In this document: in pieces, positions 12,933 through 26,731 of the stretch | How the letters are laid out: the number at the start of each line of letters is the position of its first letter | How positions within the stretch are numbered: the first letter of the stretch is position 1 | NCBI RefSeq assembly: GCF_006345805.1 | Contig: NC_043004.1 | Span: forward strand, 4,588,001 to 4,652,000 | Source: Octopus sinensis | Taxonomy: Eukaryota | Length of the DNA: 64,000 nt | Reading direction: 5' to 3' | Made by a program: the position numbers and the translations under genes | Notes under the pieces: generated by a model | Told to the model about the DNA's origin: nothing | The model's database searches: none | What the model saw: only the letters and a program-made list of their open reading frames with translations

Positions 12933-13924
12933 TTATATCCACTCTGTTATCATGGAGAATTGCAGTATCAGTGATCTTATAATAATCATATCTGCTTTTT
13001 TGCTTTGCTAGTATGGTCAATTTCTATGGAGAAATTCCATAAAATTTTTCAACATCACAACCCCTGTCTCTGTTAATATTCAGCGTGACACAGAGAGTGA
13101 CAAGGCCGGCCTTTTGAAATACAGGTACAACAGAAACAGGAAGTAAGAGTGAAAGAAAGTTGTGGTGAAAGAGTACAGCAGGGATCACCACCATCCCCTG
13201 CCGGAGCCTCATGCAATCAGGGACCAACTTCAAGCTTACACAAAGGAAAGGAGGTCAGCAGATGACACTGTTGATTCACGAAAAGTCTCGATTCCAACAG
13301 CAAGCTTGTAACAAGGTGACTTGTTCTGGTGTTGGGCAGTATCTGCTCTAGTATCGATAGCTGATGAAAGATCCAAAGTGTCTGACCAACAACAGTGACA
13401 GAATAGCAAGGGTAAGGTTGTAATCATAATTTTGGTTCCTGCACTATAGCATAGCAAGGTAGGCTGATAGTAAGGCAACATTTGATAAACTGAGTGCTTG
13501 GTAGCCCCCTACAGTTGATGCTATGTCTATCCTCACAGATTCATCTCTTCCATGGAATTCTAAGATCAACTATGTTATAGTGCTTTGGAAGCTGCAGTCA
13601 ATTCCTCCTGACATGTGGGTAGTACCGGCTAACTTTGATTTCTCAAACAGAAGCTTAGAAGCAATGAAGGGAGTCTAACAGGGCCAGGTGAAATAAATAC
13701 TGAAAGTGCCAAAGATCATTCCTGTATCTTTGGCAGGGAAGGAGTGATGGCCATCATTTCAACGAACTGAGTCAGTATTGGAATTTCAGTCCAGTCTTCA
13801 TGGCTGATCAGTGCCACTCTTTTCAAATGAGATGGCACTGATAAAATGTAACATAAACTTGTATTATCAAAATTTTGAATGTGTCTGTATGTGGTACACA
13901 CACACACATGCACACACGCATGCA

Positions 13925-13960
<36 letters not shown>

Positions 13961-14960
13961 AAACACACAGATATAAATTGTATATATTAAAACAAAGACT
14001 GGAAAATTTGGTATATTTTTAATTTCCTGTTACATGTGTTTCTTTACAGGATAAGAGTTACAAGATATATACATGTAGAAAACATGTGTAGGACCTCCTA
14101 TCTGTATATGTGTAATTTTTCAGATGAAAATTTTATGCTTTTTTTTGTATTTTCAGTGTATTTACTTTTGTTGTAACATGCTTTATCCATGTTGTTCTAA
14201 AACGGTTTAATCCATCTTGAAACTTAGGATATCAAGAAATATTTGTCGTATATAAAATGGCAATAAATCTGATGAAATTAAATTTGAATATAAAGAAAAC
14301 ATTTCAAGGTGTCAGCCACTTCAGCCAGCCATTTATTAGAAAAATAAATGTATGAATATTAATGGTTTTTAGAACATTGATATAGCCGGTATTCTAAAAT
14401 AGAATGTGTGCCTCAATAGTTAGTTATTTACATAACATTCTGCTTTTTCAATGTTAATAATCTTCAAATTGTCGACTTTGAATTCTTCTTTTACTTGTTT
14501 CTGGACTGTGGCCATGTTGGAGCACAGTCTTGAAGGGTTTGGTGAAGCAAATTGATTCCAATACTTATTCTTTTCAGTTTAGTATTCAGTTTATTCTATT
14601 GATCTCTTTTGCCAAATTGCTAAATTACAGGGACATAAACAAACTGATACTGGTTAAGCAGTGGGTGAGACAGACAAACACAGATACTGGTTAGCCCAGG
14701 GCTATAGTAGAAGATACTTGCCCAAGGTGCTGAGAGGTGGAACTGAACCCAAAACCATGCAACTGCGAAGCAAGTTTCTTAATCACTCATTCATGCCCGT
14801 GCTTATTATATACATTTTTAAGGAAGCCTCCATACAGTTGTTTGACAAGCAAAAAATAACAGCCAAATTACCCTTAAAAAATCACAGCAATTAAAATACC
14901 ATTTTTCATACCTCAATCATGACTAACCAACAACAAGAACATAACATATGCTTAAATGAT

Positions 14961-15138
14961 TGTTATATCACAATACTACACGGTGGCTGTGTGAGCTACG
15001 AAATCCTCATCGCCACTGTTATATCGCAATACTACACAGTGGCTGAGTGAGCTACTAAATCCTCATCGCTACTGTTATATCGCACGTTCGGAGTGAGCTA
15101 CTAAATCCTCATCGCTACTGTTATATCGCACGTTCGGA
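14961..15138. repeat. Short tandem triplication (GTGAGCTACTAAATCCTCATCGCTACTGTTATATCGCA core)
   Basis: Three near-identical copies spaced ~56 and ~45 bp apart. Confidence 0.9.
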
Positions 15139-15319
15139 TGACCTCTACTCAACTCCTCGATGTCTAGACTTCTCCCTCTATATCTATGTATTGGGCTAGC
15201 CTACTTCATCGTCTGGGGGCATTGACACAACAATGATATTACCATACACTTTTCCATCATTTTCACCATCCAGGCTAGTAATCTGAAAACTTCTTGCTAG
15301 GCAGTTAAGACTTCTTTAA

Positions 15320-15532
15320 CATTTTAGCATTTAAACTATCCGTATCTGGCTCAAATATTCAACCTATTTTATGTCAAAACTGGCTGGATCCAGCCACACA
15401 TACCTATCCTACAATGTCATTCTAAAAATAAACAATTGCATCATCAAAATCTATAAGACAATGTATAGTCAATTCAAAAGAATGTGAATAAATAAGCATT
15501 ACACCTTACAAAGTAATTTGAATACTAAAGAG
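15320..15532. mobile_element. piggyBac-type MITE (degenerate copy)
   Basis: Flanked by TTAA, with termini similar to 16213-16430. Another copy lies at ~62685-62900. Confidence 0.6.
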
Positions 15533-15789
15533 TTAAATAGAGGCCACAAAAACGTCTTGTGTTTGGGACTTGAGAAGTGCAGAGACTTCGCTGTACAACA
15601 CTCACATACTTCATCACTGTAGCCAGAATATTGTCTTGAAGTTGTAATTTTAATATAACCTTTCATAGTTGTCAACACTAACAACATTAACAACATAAAG
15701 ATTGTATTTCTTTTTCAGTGCCAGAAAGCAGTTCAGCCATGATGTTTTGCAAACAATTTGCACATGCAAGTGCTACTAGTCGAAAAGCT

Positions 15790-16200
15790 CTGCATACTGG
15801 ATGCCAGCAAGTGCATGGGGTCATCAGGAGAGAATGCGTGCCATTCTGGAGCCTACCTCTTGATGTCATCATTGCACACCAGCCTCCCTTACTGATATGA
15901 GGCCCCACTTGCTAGATCAACTGGTTATCAGATATAGCTCAGAATGCTTCTTGCCATTGCTCATCGTCTCTTTTTAGCCAAATCCAGTGGCTTGCCTTTT
16001 CCACTGTAGTTTGGATATCACTTATGGTGGTATTTGTTTTATGATGAGATAAGCCTAACATTAACAACAGTCACCTCACACTTTGTCCAACAAATCCTCT
16101 ATATCCAACATCGATTGGAAAATGCTCCACTTTCAAGCCTGCATTTTCACATTCCTTGAGGAGGTTTACACAACGGTCAAATTGAGATGGTATACATTCT
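15790..16200 (-). mobile_element. 3' end of an RLE-type non-LTR retrotransposon (HERO-like)
   Basis: Minus strand ~16165-15939 reads LLKECENAGLKVEHFPIDVGYRGFVGQSVR*LLLMLG...VEKASHWIWLKRDDEQW. This matches the P(I/V)EVGxRGF...ASxWxWxxR C-terminus of HERO-clade restriction-like endonucleases. Confidence 0.7.
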
Positions 16201-16212
16201 GGGTCATATTAA

Positions 16213-16430
16213 CCCTTTAGCATTCAGATTATTCTGTTAAATGTAATGTTTATTAATTGACATTGCTTTGAATTAATTGTGCATTATGTTGTGGCTTTCT
16301 GATTTTGACAATGTGGTTGTTTACATTTAGAATGATATAGTAGGATAGGGGTGAGAAGCCTGATATGGCTGGTTTGAACATAAAACAGGTAGAATATCTG
16401 GGCCTGATATTTGGGTTAAATGCTAAAGGG
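16213..16430. mobile_element. piggyBac-type MITE
   Basis: TIR CCCTTTAGCATT...AATGCTAAAGGG flanked by TTAA on both sides (16209-16212, 16431-16434). Confidence 0.85.
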
Positions 16431-17413
16431 TTAAATAAATATGTTGGTATGGAAGTTGACCAGTTTGTGCCTTTTCTATTGTCATCACCAAATTAGCTAA
16501 CTGCATACTACCCAACTAATATCTGTCATATTTGCTGTGTCTCACTCCTCTGGCTTTAGATCCATCCATTCATTTTCACTACTCACTATTCCTGAGAGGT
16601 TCATGGTGGGCTGAGTCCTCAGGCACCTCCTCTATAGGGTCCTATCAAAAGTAAATGTCATTACACTTTCCTGTTGGATTCCCAAGTGCAATCATTTGGG
16701 ACTATGCATATAATGCAACCATCTTGTTCTTGGGCTATCCCTAGGTATACCACCAGTTGACTTGCTTTGAAGAATCCAGCTTGCAGTCCTTTCGTGCACT
16801 CTAACCACTTGTCTGTAATACTGGAGTTGTGACCTCTGTATGTGGAGAAGAAGCCATGAGAGTCCCTGATCTATGCTTCTTGTCATATGACATTATTTGA
16901 GAGATCCTTTGGAAGAACCCCATTTTGGTCGTTTGTATTTGCAATCATACTCTTTTGGTCAACATTTTTGCAGTAACAGTTAAGAATACTTTAGAAAATA
17001 AAATAAGCATGTCTGCTGTGGGGAGAGATTTGTTTTGAAGTTTTGGGTAGAGACTTTCTTCTATTATAACTCATCTTTCAAACTTGTTTTACAAATTTCA
17101 TAAACTGTTTTGTTTTCCTTTCTTCTCTCTGCACAGACTATCACTAGTTTTCACTGGTTCATGTTTCATACTTCTTTCTCAAAAGGAGTTTAAATTATTC
17201 TAATTTAAATTATAGCTGAGATATAGGAGTTCTGAGGAAGTTGTAAAGGGATGCATTTCCAAGAATGGAAAGATAAAATATTTCTGTGATAGAAAAGCAC
17301 AATATTGGTGAGAAAGTGAAGAAAGACAAATGTGATATGTTTCCCTGAATTTGTTTGTGACCAAATTTCTAACAAAATACACAAATACACCATCTATGTT
17401 TTAATTAATTTTG

Positions 17414-17449
<36 letters not shown>

Positions 17450-18141
17450 AAATGATTTAGTAAAATACCATTTTTTTCATCATGAAAGCTAATGTTGGAA
17501 ACAACTTATCAAAAGGTTTTTGCATAAAATTAAAACTGAGGAATTTGATTTAAATATGAATGCTTTTTAAATGATAAGCCTTAATGAGTTAGCTTGCAAA
17601 TTCAGAAAGAGAATCAGTTTGGTGTTTTGACAATTTATCAGTAGAAGAGAAAGAAAGAAGATTCAGTTTAAACATTAGGAGCAGCTAATGAAGAAACATT
17701 TCTATCAGGATCGTCACTTTGTGTTGAAGTGAATTTCATATATTTTTATTATTGAAATATATTTGTGTGACATTGATAGACTGGCTATATGTGTCCTTGT
17801 AAAGAGTTTGTAGAGACAACAGGTACTGAAACCAATTAGGTTGCAGAGAACTCAAATTCATATTAAAATTTCATGTCAGCTACATTAAAAATAATCTTTC
17901 ATTTATCAGAACCCAATGGTATTGAATTTCAGTTAAAGACTAATAGCATTTTTGTTTTTCAAGGAAGAGTCTAATTCACAAACTGGTAGTCATACTTTTT
18001 GCTGCACTCTCTCTCTCTCTCTTTCACACACCACACACACACACACACACACACTTAAACAGAATGGTATGAACATAAACTAATATATGCATATATCCAC
18101 ATCCTGTCTTTCAGTACTGGAAGACAAACTAGTTTTACTGA

Positions 18142-18814
<673 letters not shown>

Positions 18815-20235
18815 TAGTTTTACTGAGAAGATAGCTATTTGATTCCTTCAGTGGTCTCGTGTATTCTTTTGCAATCAGTGAAACAACTTCTGAATATCTG
18901 TTCTAAATACATGAAGTGGACTATGGTAGAGTCACTTTAGTCCCTTTTATATACTTTTGCTATTTTATAAAATCTAATGTATTACATGGTGTATCTTCAA
19001 ATACAGTGAAGTAGACTGTACTGTCAATACCCAAGCTGTAGATGTGTGATGAAAGACTTAATCAACATTCTTACTGTTGCCATGAACACCACCACTACTG
19101 CCACCGCCGCTACTGCCGCCGCCACCACCACCACCATCACCACCACTACCACCCTTTGGCTTTTCTAGGCTGGATTGGCTGGGTTGTTCACTGAGCAAGT
19201 TATTTCCTATTCTGACTTACTTGCTCTCCTACACAGGCTGGTGACCACATTTCACTTGTACATTCCATTTTTGTAGGTTTTTCTATGACTGGGTGTCCTT
19301 CCAATCACCAACCATTTTATAGAATGTATATGATATATTTTGGTATTGCACCAGCACTAGACAAATTACTATATTCTTGGTAAAACTAGTGTTGCCTCTA
19401 GCCTACATTGTCCCATTTCAATTGCTATGCACTTTACAAGATAAAATGAGAGATAGTGATGAGGACAAATGTTGGTAAGAAAAAGGGAAGTGATGGATGT
19501 CAATAGTGAATGATAGAAGGCAGCAAGCTGGCAGAATTGTTAGCACACTGGGCAAACTGCTTAGCAGCATTTTGTCCATATTTATGTTCTGAGTTCAAAT
19601 CCTGCCTAGGTCAACTTTACTTTTCATCTTTTGATTGATAAAATAAGTACCAGTTCAGCACTGAGATCGATGTAATTGGCATACCCACTTCCCCATAATT
19701 GCTGGCCTTGTGTCAAAGTCTGAAACCAGTAATGAGTGATAGAGGAAAGACTAATGGGAGACAGTGAGTGATGGCTAGCCATATAGAAGGGTGATGACAA
19801 GCTGGTGATATTAGTGAAGCATATTGACAGGGAAGGGATGGGTGATAAATGGTGACTGCCAAAATGTTTCATGATACATGGTAGATTCTGCTGCCTAATT
19901 GCTTTCTCCCCACCACCCTGTATTCAGTAGGAAAACCACAGCTCCTTCCTTCTATTGATAGGCAGTTTGGTTGGGGTGGACCCTTGCCTTGGTTTGTTTT
20001 AGTTTGAATGCACCCAAGGTGAGATCGTATTCTTTTATTTGTTTCAGTCATTTGACTGCAGCCATACTGGAGCACCACCTTTAGTCGAATCAAATCGACC
20101 CCAGGACTTATTCTTTAGAAGCCTAGTACTTATGTATCGGTCTCTTTTGCTGAACCACTAAGTTACGGGGATGTAAACACACCACCACTGGTTGTCAAGC
20201 AATGTTGGGGGACAAACACAGACACACAAAAATAT

Positions 20236-20280
<45 letters not shown>

Positions 20281-20440
20281 CACATGTATACAACAGGCTT
20301 CTTTCAGTTTCCGTCTACCAAATCCACTACAAGGCTTTGGTTGGCCCGATGCTATAGTAGAAGACACTTGCCCAAGGTGCCATGCAATGGGAATGAACCC
20401 GGAACCATGTGGTTGGTAAGCAAGCTACTTACCACACAGC

Positions 20441-20477
<37 letters not shown>

Positions 20478-20480
20478 CAC

Positions 20481-20515
<35 letters not shown>

Positions 20516-21195
20516 TGTCTATATGCATATATTCATATGCATACATAAATATATCATTTACATACTCCTTTTTTTCCTTTTATTTGTTTCAGCCATTTGA
20601 CTGCGGCCATGCTGGAGCACCACCTTTAGTTGAGCAAATCGACTTTAGGATTTATTCTTTGTAAGCCTAGTACTTATTTTATTGGATCACTTTTGCCAAA
20701 CTGCTAAGTTACGGGTATGCAAACACACTATCATCAGTTGTCAAGCAATGTTGGGGGCACAAATACAGAAACACACACACACACACACACACATACACAC
20801 ACACATGATGGGCTTCTTTCAGTTTCTGTCTACCAAATCCACTTTGTCTACCAATCCAGGCTTTGGTCGGCCTGAGGCTATATAGCAGAAGACTCTTCCC
20901 AAGTGGTTGGTAAGTAAGCTACTTACCACACAGCCACTCCTGTCACATGCAAGTCACATGCACTACTATATATGTATACATACAAGGGAACAAGAAATTA
21001 TATAATGAGTTTCATTAGCTTACAGTCGTTTCTGCCCTAGGATGCAATGCACTCATACTCAAGTGCTTGCATATTATCTCATAGCTTTGTTGGAGCTATA
21101 AGGGGATACACAAGCAATCAGCTATGAGTGCTTTGTGTCATATAGCAAACACACACACACAAATGAATATATAGACATACATATAAACACTGGCA

Positions 21196-21233
<38 letters not shown>

Positions 21234-21309
21234 ACCATACATCCTGTGTTGCAATTGGCATTTCTATCAATTGTTGCACTTCCAATTCCATTTGCAGTAT
21301 ACTGAGCTA

Positions 21310-21369
21310 CCATTACCACCATCATCATCATCATCATCGTCATCATCATCATTGTCGTCATCGTCGTCG

Positions 21370-21436
<67 letters not shown>

Positions 21437-21655
21437 TACCATTATTTTTATTGTCAACATAATTTTCATCATCTTCACCATTGCCACCACCACCACCACG
21501 ACTACTGTCATTTTTATCTTCATTATCATTACTAGTGCTATCATCATCATCATCATCATCATTGCCATCATCATCTTTGTCTTCATCATTGTCATCACCA
21601 TCTCTTTCACCACCACCACCACCACCACCACCATCATCATCATTATCTTCATTGT
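21310..21655. repeat. (CAT/CAC)n trinucleotide repeat
   Basis: Read directly. Confidence 0.95.
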
Positions 21656-22447
21656 TTTAATATTAATGACTCAGAACATGTAAGAGTGATTCACCAAAAT
21701 GCCTTGTTAGATTTAGATTTATAATATTCCTTTCATTTTTCTACTGTGTTTTCTTTATAAATATAGAGGTCATCTTCATTCTAAAAATATCATCTGCTGG
21801 GGGACTGAGAGTCGCTCTATTGTTAAGATGCTAACCAACAAAACAAAGGGTTGAGAATTCAAATTCTTTAAAGACTAGCTTTGAAAGGAGAGTGTCTTTC
21901 CCATTGGCAGTACACTGTATGGTCCACCTGAGAAATACATGCACACATGCACAAATACACACACACACACACACACCTGCACACACATATATAGTATACA
22001 GCTGGTGGCATGTAAAAAACACCATCTGAACGTGGTTGATGCCAGTGCCCCCTGACTGGCTCCCGTGTCAGTGGCATGTAAAAAGCACCATCCGAACATG
22101 GTCAATGCCAGTACCCCCTGACTGGCTTCCATGTCGGTGGCACGTAAAAAGCACCCACTACACTCATGGAGTGGTTGGCTGTAGAAACCTTGCCACATCA
22201 GATTAGAGCCTGGTGCAGCCTACTGGCTTGCCAGTCCTCAGTCAAACTGTCCAACCCATGCAAGTATGGAAAGTGGACGTTAAATGATGATGATGATGAT
22301 GATGATATAAACAATGGGTGGATGAACTTGAGAGAGTCAATGGTCATTCAATTACATGTTATATTCTTTTACTCTTTTACTTGTTTCAGTCATTTGACTG
22401 CAGCCATGCTTGAGCACCGCCTTTAGTCAAGCAAATCGACCCCAGGA

Positions 22448-23795
22448 GGAGGAGGGGGCTTTCTTTCACAACCAATTGCTCCAGGACCCTACTCTGGTCC
22501 TAGGGACAGTTCTTTCTGATGTGGCCTGCCTCTAGGCACAGGTGATACTTGGGGAGGGCGTCCCTCAAGAATCACTGGGTACCTGCACCTGGACATTTTC
22601 ATAAAAACCTGGGAAAATCAGATTCTTGGCTGATTGGGTCTATAGAGTCAAAACAGCTTTCGACCCAACCCAATCAGCCACAAGAAAAACTTTCACATTA
22701 AGGAGCTTGGCTCCACTACCACCCAGACCCCAGCGGATAGTTTCTTCTATCCACTCAGGTTTTATCCCAGGTGGCAACCCACAGATCCAAGCTCTTGTCA
22801 ACTTCCTCCCACAATATGTGGGAAGAAACAAAATTTTATTGTCCTCCAGGGGCCGGCTCGCAAAAATGTGAGCCTCCTCAGGGGTGTCAAACAGCAACCA
22901 CACCGTTGCATATTTGACACCCCTGGAGATGAATTTAATAGTGGGCAAATATTTTGCCAACTCTTTCTCAATTTCACTCTTTTGAAAAAGGGCGATGGTG
23001 TCGAGTGACTTGGAGTATGTTTGTAGCACCACCGTACTCTCTTCAAAGTCTTTCTTCCACTGTTTGGGCGGGACAATTTCCCACTCCAATGTAGTGTTAT
23101 TTATCTTCTTTGCCATATTTCTTCTTTGAAAAAAAGTTCAAAGTTCAAAAAAACAAAAATACAGGAAGGAAGAAGACGAGAAACAGTTAAAAAAACACAG
23201 CAAATTCTTCTGGCCGTTCTGGTACTCCTGGCTAACTTGGCAATCCTCCTGGCAAGGGCACAAAACAGTCACAAAAAATACACAATTTTCGGAGGGATAT
23301 GCCCTCCCCCTAAACACAACCACAGGCAGACAAATGCTTGGAATTCAGTGGAGATTTCTTGTTAAACAAAAATAAATAAACATGAGCAACAAGCCCCCAC
23401 TGAATCCCTGCAAAAAACAAATGTCTTACTTAGTAGTTGTGCTAAAAACACAGCAAATTCTTCTGGCTGTCCTGGTACTCCTGGCCAACTTGATAATCCT
23501 CCTGGCAAGGGCACAAAACAGTTACAAAAAATAACACAATTTTCAGAGGGATACACCCCCAAAATACACTTGTCACCGCTGAGAGAGACTTTAAACACAA
23601 CCACAGGCAGACAAATGCGTGGAACTCAGTGGAGATTTCTTGTTTGAAAAAAATAAATAAACGCGAGCAACAGACCCCACTGAATCACCAAAAAACAAAT
23701 GTTTTACCTAGTAGTTGTGCTTTGATAATTCACAACGCTGGTATACTAAGATGTAACTCCAGCAGCAAAGAAGGATGCGTCCACACAGTAGTGAG
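22448..23795 (-). mobile_element. Non-LTR retroelement, 5'UTR plus ORF1 (Tx1/L1-like, gag-type CCHC knuckle), 3'-deleted, inserted in a SINE A head
   Basis: ORF 23116-22640 continues after frameshifts into EGRPP.YHLCLEAGHIRKNCP (~22503-22566). The 5'UTR has a ~250-bp tandem duplication (23190-23720). The SINE A head is at ~23797-23830 and the SINE A tail at 22360-22447. Confidence 0.75.
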
Positions 23796-25434
23796 GGAAG
23801 CAAGCTTCTTACTACACAACTACGCTTCATAATAAAAAAAATGCAGGAGAGAAGTAGGAGAAAACTTTTCAAATATAAATAAAGTGAAAGTATACAAAAA
23901 TAAACACTATTTTCCGTTTTACTTTTAGTTTTATTTCATTTTGAAATACTCCAGTGAAGAAATAAATATTTCAGTTTTTTAATTAACAATTAAATGCCTC
24001 TGATTTTGTATATACATATATATATATAGCATTCTAGCAAAAACTGTCCGACGAACGGAAATGGGAAACTCAGAGTAACAGGTTTTGTTGAATTTTCTGC
24101 TGCTTTAAATAAAGCATATTACTCTACCACTGGTATTTAAGTACTCTTTTTTCCACCTTGTTTCACATTTATGTGTTTACTCCGGTATATATATATATAT
24201 ATATAAATTATTTTAATATTGTTTACTCTTACTCTTACTCTCTCTTTTACTCTTTTACTTGTTTCAGTCATTTGACTGTGGCCATGCTGGAGCACCGCCT
24301 TTAATCGAGCAACTCAACCCCGGGACTTATTCTTTTGTAAGCCCAGTACTTATTCTATCGGTCTGCTAAGTAACGGGGACATAAACACGCCAGCATCAGT
24401 TGTCAAGCAATGCTAGGGGGACAAACACAGACACACAAACACACACACGCATACATATATATACATATATATATACAACGAGCTTCTTTCAGTTTCCGTC
24501 TACCAAATCCACTCACAAGGCTTTGGTCGGCCCGAGGCTATAGTAGAAGACACTTGCCCAAGGTGCCACACAGTGGGACTGAACCTGGAACCATGTGGTT
24601 GGTAAACAAGCTACTTACCACACAGCCACTCCTGCACCTATATGTTTATATATATTGTTTTATTATTGTTTATATTTTGAATTACATATATATGAGGACA
24701 CCAAAATCTTTTTAAGTACTTAGGGCCACAGTGGATTTTAATCCAGCCTTGATTATAACCTCTAACACTGTCACACTGTTTCTGTTAATTGCTCCGTCAA
24801 AACCACTTACAACAATAAATCTGTTTTTCCTATCATACTTTAACTTCAAAACATCTCACTTAAAGTCATGAGGGCTCATTAATCTTATGAGTCACAAGCA
24901 AATTTACTAGTGCTGATGTCACACACACACACAAAAAGAAGGTCCCTGTCACACCCTGTAAAGTAGTTTGCATAAGAAAGGGCATCCAACTATAGAAATT
25001 ATACCAAAACTGAGACATTGAGACAAGAAGTGGTCTGATTTGTTTGATCCTGCCAAACCACCCAACCCATTCCAACATGGAAAGTAGGCATAAAAAGATG
25101 ACAATGACAATTATGATGATGCACACACACACACACACACACAAACATATTGTACGTAACTTCAGTATACACACACATATATACTCTTTTACTCTTTTAC
25201 TTGTTTCGGTTATTTGACCGTGGCCATGCTGGAGCACCACCTTTAGTCAAGTAAATCGACCCCAGGGCTTATTCATTGTATGCCTAGTACTTATTCTATC
25301 GATCTCTTTTGCTGAACTGCTAAGTTACAGGGATGTAAACACATTACCAAGTGATGTTGGGGAGACAAACACAGACACAAACATATACACACACGTGTAT
25401 ATATATATACATATACATATATACGATGGGCTTC

Positions 25435-25542
<108 letters not shown>

Positions 25543-25929
25543 TATGATGGGCTTCTTTCAGTTTTTGTCTACCAAATCCACTCACATGGTTTTGGTCGGC
25601 CTGAGCTTATAGTAGAAGACACTAGCCCAAGGTGCCATGCAGTGAGACTGAACCCGGAACCATGTGGTTTGTAAGCAAGCTACTTACTACACAGCCACTC
25701 CTACGCCTGTACATAACTTCATTATACATACCATATGTTTAGAGACTGGAGTAAACAGAACAAGAGGAGATATGTAGGATGGATAGTTGTTGAAGAGGTC
25801 ACAGAATGTGTGATGAAAAATTTACATACAAAGGTCACTAAGATAAGAAAAATAATAAACTGAAGTGAAGAACAAACTTATAGAGCGTGTGGTTAATTGG
25901 CAAAAAAATATGACCAACCCCAAATATAT

Positions 25930-25981
<52 letters not shown>

Positions 25982-26007
25982 AGGTTTGGAGATGATGTAC
26001 AGGTATT

Positions 26008-26293
26008 ATATATTAGAAGAAATGAGGTAATCAGAAGATCGGATGGTTCATGTTTATAGATATTTATTTATATATTACATTTTTTACATATATATATCAT
26101 ATCATTCATATTATTAGCGTTTTCTCCCATTCCAGTGGGGTTTTCAAATTTGATTTGAAAACCCCACTGGAATGGGAGAAAGCGCTAATAATCTGAATGA
26201 TATGATATATATATGTAAAAAATGTAATATATAAATAAATATCTATAAACATGAACCATCCGATCTTCTGATTACCTCATTTCTTCTAATATA
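26008..26293. repeat. ~285-bp near-perfect palindrome of a dispersed repeat end, within (TA)n
   Basis: The arms are reverse complements around TTG at ~26150. A single-arm copy occurs at ~48700-48840. Confidence 0.9.
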
Positions 26294-26731
26294 TATATAT
26301 ATATATATACATTCGGTAGCTTTCTTACAAAGGGATCTAATGCTCTTAGCTTAGACTTTTTTGGGGGTAACCAGATTGAACCATCTCAAGTGTAACTACC
26401 CAAAATGGTTGTGACTTCTGGGACTTGACTGATGAAAGAAAGCCAAGAATAACCCATCTTATTTTGCTTGTCCTAGTTGTTGTTTCTCCCGTCCGCCGTT
26501 ATTTGATTTTGTCTGTTTCAGTACTTTTGATACAATAAAGGCATTTTATTATATCTATCCAATGTATGAAATAAAATTAATCTAATGATGCAGTGGTTGG
26601 TAAAATCTATATATTTAGCCCATAGGATTTAGTTTGAAAAACAAACACTAATATCTATCTGTAAGTTATTTAACAAATATGCCCCTCTCCTTTATATCAA
26701 ATTTCACAATCCTTTGGGTCTTGCAAATATA

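Noticed and set aside
14030-14350. Possible terminal exon (acceptor TTTCTTTACAG, DKSYKIYTCRKHV*, downstream AATAAA)
   Set aside because: No recognisable homology and no partner exons; such signals are common by chance in AT-rich DNA.
14961-15138. CRISPR-like direct repeats
   Set aside because: Eukaryotic context, no unique spacers and no cas genes; this is simple tandem duplication.
17105-17312. Strong polypyrimidine acceptor (TTCTCTCTGCACAG) with a later GTGAG
   Set aside because: No convincing open frame or homology. It could be a non-coding exon, but this cannot be supported from sequence alone.
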